A stretch of 64,000 nucleotides of DNA from Hyphochytrium catenoides. Taxonomy: Eukaryota; Protista; Hyphochytriomycota. The stretch is from assembly GCA_900088475.1 (NCBI GenBank), contig FLMG01001584.1:41010-105009 (forward strand), read 5' to 3'. The position numbers and the translations under genes are program-made. Positions 24,301-36,804 of the stretch are shown in pieces. Every line of letters begins with the position of its first letter. Position 1 is the stretch's first letter. The notes below the pieces were generated by a model. The model saw nothing but the letters and a program-made list of their open reading frames with translations. It had not been told where the DNA came from and did no database searches.

Positions 24301-26756
24301 TCGATGGAGACGTAGAAGAACGTAGAATTGTGCTAACAGACCCCAGATTAAGAGCATTTTCATCCATGTAAGAGAGACGAAAGGTTGCATCACCCTCCTT
24401 CACTGTGTAGAGGAAGTAGATGGAAGAGCCTTCTGTTTTTACATACAATGCCTTTCGCCTAAACACAATTTAATGAGCAGGCGGGATGACAGCTAAGACC
24501 TAGCTAAACAAAGCACCCCCCTCACAAAAGTAAGCCAAGGGAGAAACCAGTCCGTTAAAGAGCTGGTGACTAATTGCACAGGACCGTGGAGGAAATTAAC
24601 AAGGGAAATCCCATACCAGCCCCCATTCTCCCCTACCAACCTGAAGGCCGTGATGTTCGTTACAGCTCCCCCACCGACGTCCATTAATATAGCTGGATAG
24701 CAGGAAAAGCTCACGGGACAACCTGCGGAGAGAGTGTGAGGGTCGACAACCAGGGTAAAGCAGCCAGGTGGCGAAAACTGGAAAGCCAAAAGCCAATGCT
24801 AGAGGAACGAAGAAAGAGTTAGCAGTCAAACGAACGGAACAGAGAGTGCCTAGAAAGCCACAAGGGTAAATGAGTAATGCATCATAAGGAAGTAGGACTT
24901 GAGGCCCAGAGTAAGCTGTCAGCACCAGGTCCTGGGTTGACTGTAACTGGATGGTTGAATGTCACAATGACATGGATTCTCTCTCCAGCTCCTATAACCC
25001 CTTCCACGGGCTGCCCACTCTCAGACTCAACTCGCACGTCCAAAATTTGAGGAGGTGATGTGTCAATGACAATGTTGCTAGTTATACTAAGTGAAGAGTA
25101 CGTCCCACGCCTGACGTCACCTGCCAGCATAAACACCGTTAGATGGCGAGAAAGAGTAGTGTGTTAGATATGCGCTAGATAAACGGTTGGCACATTGAAA
25201 CCGGTGGTCTGCCCCCAACCTCAGAGGTAGCTGCAGAATATTGAGCTCAGAACCGCCAAGAGTAGCTGCTAAAAAGATGCTATGGCAGTGGCCTGCTTAT
25301 ACCTGGGTGTCCTGGAATAGGAAGCTTGGGGTTGATCGGCGTGTTAGTAACGGCAGCAAGGATCTGATCATCGTGCTGGAAGAGGGAGTAGGGTCCAAGG
25401 TAATCTAGCTCAGGTGAGTTATCACCGGGCTGGACCGTGTAGCGAAAGGTCAGAGCGTCCGTCGGAGGGGAAGGTGGAAGCAATAGAGTGGCTCTAGCAT
25501 TTTGCTTTCTGAAACCTTGGACGACCTCAGTCACTACGATTGAAGGCGGGGTCTCTCCTCTTATCGTCAATTTGGAACCATCTCCTTTCCTATTGTCGGG
25601 GTCGATGACAAGGAGTGGGAGATCTCCATTTTGCTTGCTCATTGCGATGGAGGATAGAAAAGTGATTTGAACTTCCCCGCCCTGAAGAGAGCAGACTTGT
25701 GGTCCTGGATTAACTTCCACTGCAACCGCTTCGAGATTGGGCAGAGTCTCTAGGTACGTCTGGAGATCCGAGGCGGTAGAGGAGAAGGGTATGTTGCTTA
25801 TGGTCTTTCAGCAACGGCCAAAGAGGGATATGTATGTGTATGTATGTAGAGAGAGAAAGAGCAGGCTTAGTAGATAGCTATCAGGCTTATTCAAAAGAGC
25901 AATACTGAACAAGTTGCTCGTAAGAGGTCACCCGAAGGGATGGCAGAGAGACTAGCAAACCAAAGCGTATTTGCATGCTCATCCATGTAACAAAAACTTA
26001 AGGCCATAATCTTTTACCTGTCCATCGAACGAAATACCAAAATGGCCTCCATCAGCGATGCAGCTGAACGACTGGACCTCGTGGACCGTGCAAAGTGTGG
26101 ACGAACAGCCCGTTCGAAGCTCCAGCTCGGCTGGGTGAAGAGGGTCCAGACCTAGAACAAAAGTATCATGGTATTGAAGAGGTTTCGTTAGGTTGAGAGT
26201 CCATCAGAAGATGCCCTCACCCTTTTGCTGAAATGGAGCAACCTTGTTTGAGGACACATGTCCGTCACAGGGTAAAAGTCGCCATAGCCTCAAACGACCG
26301 GGGGGACGGAAGGTTCAGGGAAGAAAGCAGAAGACAAACAGAACCCAGAACCACAGAAGGATGCCAAAGGAGCATCTTATTGAGAAAGAACTTACGAATA
26401 ACATTGACGGGTGAGCTGAGTTTGACGTAGATATCAATGACTTGCCCAGCACCGAAGGTGCCTTCTGAAGGTGAAGAAGTCACAGATACTATCTTCGGAG
26501 GGCCAGAGCCATTCAGTATAATCTTTCGTTCTGGCACCTCCACTAAGAGATTGAGCTCGCCCCCCTCAGGGATAGGAAGTACCGCTGGCAATGAGATATC
26601 AAGAGGTGCACTGCGAGTAGTTTCTAAACGAATATCAGGAGCTATGGGTACAACCAACTCCCCACAAACCAGCAACGCAAAGGTAGCGACTAGAGCCAAC
26701 GTTAAGGACAATGTAGTCCACTTAGCCGCGGGATGGTTTCCGGCAGCTAACCCCAT
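3361..26756 (-). CDS. Giant multi-exon secreted/surface protein (roughly 5,000-6,000 aa): ~20 Ig-like GxYxxG repeats with inserted beta-propeller, xVQ and YHYH domains, then P-domain, fucolectin-like and C-terminal Ig-like domains
   Basis: N-terminus has a hydrophobic signal (MGLAAG...LSLTLALVATFALLVCG). Co-oriented ORF fragments joined by GT-AG introns repeat the pattern PPxVxxVxSxxxxGxYxxGxxIxIxVxFSxPVxVxGxPxL...LxFxYxVxxGD...LDY...AxLxLP from 26.5 kb down to 7.3 kb. One exon is 4863 bp (17240-22102). The exact 3' end (~3260-3361) is uncertain, and not every junction was traced. Confidence 0.8.
4940..6760 (-). other. Fucolectin/F5-8 type C (FTP)-like domain of the giant protein, interrupted by an insert
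   Basis: NIARRGGAYQSSLGFGADANRAIDG, DPWWEVDLG...GTIKV and CRYIRLQK...LSLAEVEVF match the F-type lectin fold signature. Confidence 0.75.
8730..9780 (-). other. YHYH-family domain inserted in Ig-like repeat ~18 of the giant protein
   Basis: Spliced sequence reads IGLDGVPI...VDSCAGAPDANGMYHYT...LLIGYAMDGFPIY...LDDCNG...YAYYATQAPPYLIGC. Confidence 0.8.
15090..16970 (-). other. Beta-propeller-like insert 2 of the giant protein
   Basis: Repeated ~55-aa units such as VNRDAARTASDV...IVAWVE...QVRA, LNVYSSRAAASPTL...YCAWEE and LNVDPERSVACPFL...LAVWEEE. Confidence 0.65.
16289..16410. repeat. Two adjacent short direct duplications in an intron (2 x 21 bp; 2 x 29 bp with 35-bp period)
   Basis: gagaaggccagaagaggacgt at 16289 and 16310; aggtccacagaatgtagcccgagtaaaag at 16347 and 16382. 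Confidence 0.9.
20400..21690 (-). other. Beta-propeller-like insert 1 (about 7 blades) of the giant protein
   Basis: Units of the form LNx(5-6)AxxPxx...hhhxWxE...hRV: AIWHEW, VTWTEE, CAWEEE, LAWVEE, LSWEE, ILWSEE. Confidence 0.7.
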
Positions 26757-27234
26757 TGTCCTTAACCCAAATTGTTCAATGTCGTCAGCTCCTAGCTTCC
26801 ACTTCCGTTGTCGAACAGAATGTTTGTACAGTTCCGGTCAAGGCTACCCTGCTCGGCACATTTCGTTTGATGGTAGCAAGGGTAACAAGGCCATCTGCCG
26901 AGATATGCCAGAAAAGCAGACATGAATCACAGCTCTGTCTCTGAGAATTAAAGGACATGCGCTGTAGGGCAACAACGCCTTGAAGACCATGCGACTTTCT
27001 TCGTTGACATGGCCTGCATATTCGTGCGGTGTAGCGTTTGAAGGAGAGGGTCAACTTGGCGAGTGGAAGTTCACCAAGCTCCCATGTACACAGTCACAAG
27101 GCGAGGGACTACTCCATCGTCTTATCTCCCGATGCGTCTACAAATTTCATCTTTCTCTGTCAAGCCTTTTGACTCGTTTGATGCTTGGCGGCGTTGCTGG
27201 TGCTTCTCTTTCCGGCGCTGTAGTTGTAGAACTA

Positions 27235-27693
27235 CTAGAGATCTCCCAGAGATCCATCATCATGAACATCCTTGTCTCTCTCCTCGAATCGAACCGTCAT
27301 TGGCCTAACTCGGGTACCGTGTCTCGGGATCAGGTCTCGGGTCACATAGCGGAGATCACCGGCTCGGGTCTGTACAAAGACAGGGCAGATGAATGAGGCG
27401 TGCCTGCGCTGGTTCGGCGTGTTGGTGCTCTTTCGAACGATGGAACTCTCTCTGTGAGAGAGATTGTTGTGGTCCCACTCATCTCGTACATGTAGTTGTA
27501 CTGCTTCCCAAACCGCCTTGTAAGGCCTTTTAGTAAGTAGTTTCTGCACTTGACCCATCGTTCTCCAAATTGGTTCCAAGCATACGCACTGCCTTATTAT
27601 CATCCCTTTATGTATGTTTAGCCCGCAGGTGCAATGCGAGTATTCACTTGTATTATTCGTAGTGTTGAGGGGTTGCTGGTGCTGATCCGTCAT
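27235..27693 (-). CDS. Possible hypothetical protein (152 aa)
   Basis: ATG-initiated 152-codon ORF in an intergenic gap. No recognisable motif. Confidence 0.2.
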   Translation of the reverse strand: MTDQHQQPLNTTNNTSEYSHCTCGLNIHKGMIIRQCVCLEPIWRTMGQVQKLLTKRPYKAVWEAVQLHVRDEWDHNNLSHRESSIVRKSTNTPNQRRHASFICPVFVQTRAGDLRYVTRDLIPRHGTRVRPMTVRFEERDKDVHDDGSLGDL

Positions 27694-28334
27694 AGATGAG
27701 TTACTCCCATGCCTATCTTCCTCCTCCTCCTTTTATTGACCTCCTCTAGAGAGAGTATATCTTAGGACTTTCTAGTATTATCGAGATTCTAATAAGGGTC
27801 GCTGAAGGACAGTATTAACTGTCCAAGAACATCTGTACGGCCATTGACCAGAAATCTCTGCTAGGAAGAGAAAGATGTATAGATTACTTCTCTATATATA
27901 ATGGGAAGACTTCCCTGTTTAAAAAGGAGAGAAAGTGGTCCCCGTTAACTCTATCGTCCTTCCTCTTGTCGCTGGCCACGCAGAGCAGTCCAGCAATGCT
28001 TCTTCTGGAGATACTCCGTTTTATTATAGGAACAATGGCCTGACTTNNNNNNNNNNNNNNNNNNNNNNNNNNNNNNNNNNNNNNNNNNNNNNNNCAGGAC
28101 AGGGCAAGCAAGAGCCTTGTCGCAATTATTTTTTGGTCCCCGCTCGCTTCTAGCTGCGCGAAGTACACACCATTCCACCCGGCCATGTTCTCAGCTGAGC
28201 TAACTTTACTCCCTACCTCAACTCCGGTCAACCATGAGCACGTAAAGAAAGCCTATGGAGACTGTTGCTGTGACCTGGATGCAGTGGTTCTGTCACTCTC
28301 CTTTGCAACTATCATCCTCAATGCATTTCTCGAT

Positions 28335-30156
28335 CTAGTGGTGATGATGATGATGGCTATGGCCCGCGCCTCCACCTGTCTGCTTCTTGTGTGGTCTGCC
28401 ATCGTCTCCAATTTCGCCTCTTTCTCTCATCCGCTTTGAGGTGGCATTCGCAGCTTCACTGAATGCGTTAACGAAGGAGGAAGCATGGAATGACTCCTCT
28501 TCAACGCAGGAGTCACAGCAGGGAAACACGGCTGGCATCTCATGCACCTCTGGCACCAGCTCCAACGAGTTGGGATCTCCATTAGCGCGGTACCTAGTAC
28601 TCCTTTGCCTGTCACACTCTGTACAAATGCGATTGCACGTGCACTTTCCCTCGTGGTTGGTGTACCAGAATGGTAGCTCATTGGAAAAGTTTCTTCCATC
28701 GTTGGAGACACGGACGAGAGCGAGGCAAGACGCACCCAAGGGAAGAGGGAGGGGACACTTAGGCACCTCAAAATAGATAGCCGAGTTGGAAAAGAACTCC
28801 ACGTTTTTCGCTGTCGCCTCTACCCATTCTTGCTCATTATCCTTATCAGCAGGCAGCTGAGAGTCATCCTCTGGATAAACAACCATCTTGTCGTCAGTGC
28901 GTATGGTCTTTCGCACACGAAAGTACACCGCTAGGCGAGGGGTCTGTACAAAGGGCTTCCCAACCACATTGATCCTCTTCCCACCCTTGGCATCGTCAGC
29001 GGTAGATGAAAGCGTCCGTATCACCACCTGCTGAATGCGCTGCAACACCTTTTGGTGCGAAAAGGTGTAGAACGGATGGGAGATGACAGGCCTCACACGT
29101 GCAAGCGCACCACCTGTCCCTCCCCGTCCATCAACTAGTTGGAAGATCAAACAGAATTCTTGATGATTGTGCTTCGCCGACGCTTCGGTGATGTTCAGGT
29201 CGTTGAAGCAAGCGACTCCCGAAAGCTTCACAGGCGCAACCAGCGTGCCTCTCAAAATATTAGGAAAGGGCTTGCGTGAAGGTAGAGCGCTGGAAGGCGG
29301 AGAGGATGTAAAGAATTCCTTGTCCCCCTGTGCATATAGAATCTGCACCCTCACTGATAGACTCTCTTGCTCCTCGACAGAGAGACGCAGGCAATCGACG
29401 TTGTGCAACTTTACCACACACTGGAAGTTCCTGCTGTTGTCTCCTGCAGCTTTCGTGCGGATTTGCACTGGTGGCTGCGTCATAATCTCCAGGTAGGGAA
29501 ATCTCCCTCCCCCTCCTCCTCCTCCATCTACGCCAAACCTCTTCAATGTATGAAGAGATGACGAAGACAGAGGAGGAGGAGGAAGAGGAGGCAAAGGTGT
29601 GGAAGTGGGGCAAATAGACTGTCTCTCCTTTTGAGGGATAATGGTTCCATGAGAGTGTGACGTGCCCATAAGGGTATGCTGGTGGCCGTGGTAATGATGA
29701 TGTTCTTCTTCGTGTTGCTTTTGTCTCTGTCTCACCTCTTGATAGTCCAGCCTTTGATGGCGTTTCTTCTCTTTTCCTCCGTCATCATCGGGTCTGCTCT
29801 GCGACTTGACGGGTCCGTGGTTAACAAAGCTAAACTCTCCGCTGTCATTTCTGAGCTTGGTGGAAGAGGGAGTTGAGGACGAGAAAGTCGGCGAAGTAAA
29901 GACGCCCGGTGATGAAGAAAATATGTCCTTTTTCGGCTTTAGCAGCTCACCCTGCGAGGTANNNNNNNNNNNNNNNNNNNNNNNNNNNNNNNNNNNNNNN
30001 NNNNNNNNNNNNNNNNNNNNNNNNNNNNNNNNNNNNNNNNNNACCCACTATTGATGGCATAAAATCCTGTTCTTGGATGGAGAGAACTTCTTGTTCCTTG
30101 GCTGCACCAAGAAATTCGGCCAAGAAGGCCATGTTGAGGGGGTCATCCCCGTTCAT
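28335..30156 (-). CDS. Putative transcription factor: Rel-homology/velvet-like beta-sandwich + IPT/TIG domain, His-rich, apparently intronless
   Basis: The frame is open from the N gap (29961) to the stop at 28335. The likely ATG is at 30156 (MNGDDPLNMAF...), upstream of the gap. IPT motifs: GGKRINVVGKPF...AIYFEVP...VRVSNDGRNFSNELPFWY. Upstream domain: PYLEIMTQPP...FNDLNI...PVISHPF. Confidence 0.75.
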
Positions 30157-30459
30157 AGCTTCCAGAAGAGTAGAGAAAGAGAGGAAAAAGTAATCCTTAG
30201 CACTCCTATCGCTTGCAGTGGGCTGGGTCTGTGTCCTGTCTCTGGTCGTTGGTTCAAGAAGGAACAGAGTAAACTCTAAACTCTGCTGTGAATGCGCAGA
30301 GAATAGTCCCAGTAACACCCTTGCCAGTTGTTGACACTCCTCTTCGATAAAGGTACAAAAACGAGTTGCGGTGAGAAAGAGGAGGCAGATTGGAAGTTAA
30401 TCGCACCGTCTACTTCTCCTCGAACCGTCGGCCGAGAGACGTGGCCTCAAAACCTCCAA

Positions 30460-30487
30460 ATAGACTCTGAACGATAGACTCTGAACG
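30460..30487. repeat. 2 x 14-bp tandem repeat upstream of the IPT gene
   Basis: atagactctgaacg occurs twice in tandem. Confidence 0.8.
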
Positions 30488-31176
30488 ATCCCAGCTTCGA
30501 AGCACTACGGACATGCCGACAATCGGCCAGTTATGCACCTCAAATCACTTCCCTGAGCTCTCTGAACACGCGCGACTGCAATAACAACGCCACACTGCCT
30601 TCGCACGTTCACTACACTGCAGAAAGGATGAGGATTGAGTGCTCGTAACGTCTGGTGCTCGTCTTTAACCTTCAAACAAGCACCACAAGAGGCAATGACG
30701 GAAGAACTCTGTCAAAGTCCAGAAGTAGCTGTTCCCTCACCTCCTGCCAGTCAATAGAGTATGCGAAGAGCTCGCCGAGAGTGGATGGAAGGTGCAAGAG
30801 AAAAAGAGGCCTCTGCAAGCTTATTTTCCCATGAGGGATTCCCCTGAGACGCCGTAGTTTTCAAAGAGAGAGGAATGGAAGGTACAGGGTGGGCTTGACG
30901 GGGGCGACTTCGAACAAGTCGACGCGATTCTCACACACCACAAACTTCAGAGGGCCAAGCCCTTGCAGCAGAACAGAAAGCGAGACAGAGAGGAAGGGAG
31001 CTGGAGGAAAGAGATGTGCACCAGGCCTTCCTAAAGGGTTCAATAAAGGATCAGATGGTTCCCTCAAACCAATGCTTGATCTAGGAGTGCATTTCTTGAT
31101 TAGGAGGAGAAAAGTGTGGGAGAGAACCAGGAAGAGAGGTTGAGGGTGTGGGGATGGGCCCTTGAATGGAAGATGT

Positions 31177-31929
31177 CTAGGAGAACTCCACCAGACTTAA
31201 GAGGTCTGATTGGGCAAATGAGACAGCAAGTAAGCTAGCGAAGTATGGAATCAGCAAGCACTGTACTCTGCCGCTGTTCCTCGTGGTAGTGATTCCCTCT
31301 TCCAAGTGAAGTGTCATTGCTCTCTTTCTCGTCACAAGAACTCCTTCTACAGCAGATGAAGCAGACACCAGAAAGAGCCCATCATCTGCCTCAATCTTAC
31401 CCTTGGTCCCGTGGTGTCTCTCGTACAGTTCGTCAGTGCTGTTTATCGTGTTAACTCGACTCTCTTTCTTATCATCATACAGCGTATTAACCCTGTGTTT
31501 CGAGGTGAGTGAGATATGAGAGAGACAGAGTGTCATCAGCAGAAAAGAGTAAGAAGGCCCCAGGACTTTCATAATTCCCAACCCTGGTCGGTCTAATAAA
31601 ATGTTAGGGTTTGTCTGAGCCCAGCTCCGCAACATCGCAGCTTCGCCTCTCATGCATGGGAACCAGCCAGTTCCTCCCATTATTCCGGATGATCGCCGCC
31701 ATGACTCACCGATTCGGGATCCAGAGAGTAGGACGAAGTTGCTGTTCTTGCTTTTCGACGTCTTGTTAGCAATTGCCCATAAATTTTGTACATTACTTCT
31801 GCATAGCTTTCGGTGTACACAAGTGGATTTGGGTAACATTGGTGTGAAGGGTTTCTCGTCTTCGGATAAAAGCCAACCAGCATTTCTACATCTGAAGTAT
31901 TCATGGGTAAAAGCAGTCAATATGCTCAA
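31177..31929 (-). CDS. Possible hypothetical ORF (250 codons, non-ATG start in track)
   Basis: Long stop-free frame in otherwise intergenic DNA. No motif recognised. Confidence 0.2.
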   Translation of the reverse strand: MSILTAFTHEYFRCRNAGWLLSEDEKPFTPMLPKSTCVHRKLCRSNVQNLWAIANKTSKSKNSNFVLLSGSRIGESWRRSSGIMGGTGWFPCMRGEAAMLRSWAQTNPNILLDRPGLGIMKVLGPSYSFLLMTLCLSHISLTSKHRVNTLYDDKKESRVNTINSTDELYERHHGTKGKIEADDGLFLVSASSAVEGVLVTRKRAMTLHLEEGITTTRNSGRVQCLLIPYFASLLAVSFAQSDLLSLVEFS

Positions 31930-32807
31930 GCAAATATATTAAGTGAAAGCTTCGAATGATTCGCAAAGTTTAATTCAGTCTTCAGAGTGGGTGGGCGATT
32001 GGGTGGTTTAGGTTAGGATTCAGACCCTTCTCACCTTGATGAGAGTGATAACAAAAGCTAGTGATGGATGTTGAGCATAATAATGAGGCTCATTCTCTGA
32101 ACAGATAGAGGCCAAACAGAGGCTATCTATCCGGAGCTTTTGGGTTTTCCAGAGTTCCCTGAGTCTCTACTTCAGTAGAAATACCAGCAAGCAGTCGATC
32201 AGACAATTTGTTGAGCGAGTGAATGGCTGGTAGATGTGGGAGTGGTAGTAGTTCTATGTGCATTTTCTTCTTGTAAATGTCTTGTCACCAGAGGCTTGAA
32301 GCATTATGAACTGACTGAAAACCCCGCTGGGAACCTCGACCTTCCTCTTCCTCATCAAAGATCAGAGTCCACAGAGACTCCAATTATAAATCTGCAGCTT
32401 CTCGTACATGCTACGAGTACACGAGTACTCCGTACGACGTAAGCCTTACATCGTTTACGATCATAGATACCAAAAATAAGGTGGCGTCGAACTTTGGCTC
32501 TCACTCCTTGTGAACTAAAAAAGGAGGGAAGACACAAAATAGATTGACAACTTACTACACAGTAGGCTCGGTCGCCGCACAAACTGTTAGGACTACAACT
32601 ACACCGATCAAGCTGAGAATGTATTGTCAACATACAAACTGTATTGTAAAGGTGATTTTGTTATGAAGTTCTGAAGCGTCACGCCATCACAAGCTTTGGT
32701 GACTGGACCCTTGGGCCATTCTTACATTGTCCATTCGGTAAGGCTGTGCCGGAAGCTCCATTGCCCCCAGCCACCAGCTCAACCGTAGACCTATCCCTTA
32801 GCTCTCA

Positions 32808-32883
32808 TAGAAAATCTCGAGGGTCCAGAGTGAGAGACGCAGATGTAGAAAATCGTATGGGTCCAGAGTGAGAGATGCAAATG
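32808..32883. repeat. 2 x 38-bp imperfect tandem duplication
   Basis: tagaaaatctcgagggtccagagtgagagacgcagatg followed by tagaaaatcgtatgggtccagagtgagagatgcaaatg. Confidence 0.85.
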
Positions 32884-33311
32884 TCAGTTTTGCGCTAGGA
32901 ATCGATATCGAGCCCAACTGTGGAGATAGATCGGCTACTTGACTGCTGTTTGAGGGGACACAGTATCGCAGTAGAAGCAGCGCTTAAATTGGTCATGCGC
33001 TTAGATCCAATGCAATCTTATATACGGGGCTACAGATGAGGTGGAGTAACTTCTGAAGTCCCATCACCAAACGTAGAGATGCTGCTCCAGAGCATGTGTA
33101 GCCCGGAACGGGTAAAGAAGCTGTGAACTACGCCTACTTTAGTCAAACGCTAAAGAGGTCCGATTCGTACTATCACATCCCTCTACTCATTTATAGAAAA
33201 CGGAAGTGACTCCAGAATATCAATTTCACTTCATTTAACTTCAGCTAGTAGTCGCCACTACTCGCTTATGCAGACAGCCATCACATGGACTGCGAAGTGA
33301 TACTAACTCCC

Positions 33312-36097
<2,786 letters not shown>

Positions 36098-36612
36098 GAT
36101 TGCTTCAAAGTAAGGACAAGAAAGCCCAAGCTCTATATATAATGCAACGAGAAGTAGGGTCTTCCTGGCTGGTCCACCAAAAGAAAGCCGAATGATGGGC
36201 CTCTGAAGAGCAGATGGTGCGATGGCAGAGCCTGACAAAGAGATTCAGATCTTGTTGGACGCACTCACTGGTCCTGATCACAGCACTACGAAGTCTCCAA
36301 GTAGAACCTGCAAGAGAGAACTAAAGGATACCGCCGAGCAGGCACAGATGAAGTCCTCACCCATGCTCTGGACCGGATGAAGAGAATGTGTGCTATCCTC
36401 CGTCAAACACAGGCACGTCCCAAACTCATTATGTGCTTTTCTGACTGTGATAGGGGCAAGAGGTTCCAGATTCCGCACTTTCCTGAAAGTACACGGTCAT
36501 TTTTGGAAACCCAATTCGTACATATTCTGAAGCTAAATGTCACGAGATCTTTCCCTTGATAACTGATTCTTACTTGCAAAAGATTTTACTGTGGGGCATT
36601 TTTGAAGACTGA

Positions 36613-36658
36613 TCAGGCATTAACCATCAGCAAAGTCAGGCATCAACCATCAGCAAAG
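36613..36658. repeat. 2 x 23-bp tandem repeat in the divergent IDH/MPDU1 promoter region
   Basis: tcaggcattaaccatcagcaaag followed by tcaggcatcaaccatcagcaaag. Confidence 0.85.
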
Positions 36659-36804
36659 TCTATCATCACTCAAAAAAAAGACAAGCAAGAGTCTGCAAAA
36701 TCTCTCCATTAACCCGCTCTGCTAGGTATTACGGGTACGTCAAAGGTCGTGAAGTTCGACCTGGAAGCGAACAGGCACAGTGCTTGTGAGAGGCCTTGCC
36801 AACC

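Noticed and set aside
3361-26756. Giant repeat gene as bacterial contamination or a frameshifted pseudogene
   Set aside because: The ORF breaks I traced coincide with GT-AG introns of the same style as in flanking housekeeping genes, and the motifs resume in frame after splicing.
27884-28231. ORFs spanning the 28047-28094 gap
   Set aside because: Length is inflated by Ns, the frame is unknowable and there is no motif.
28335-28356. His6 as a cloning-vector tag
   Set aside because: No vector, linker or promoter sequence nearby, and the protein has another natural His tract.
32000-32020. Telomere-like gggtggtttaggttagg
   Set aside because: Too short and irregular to be a telomeric array.
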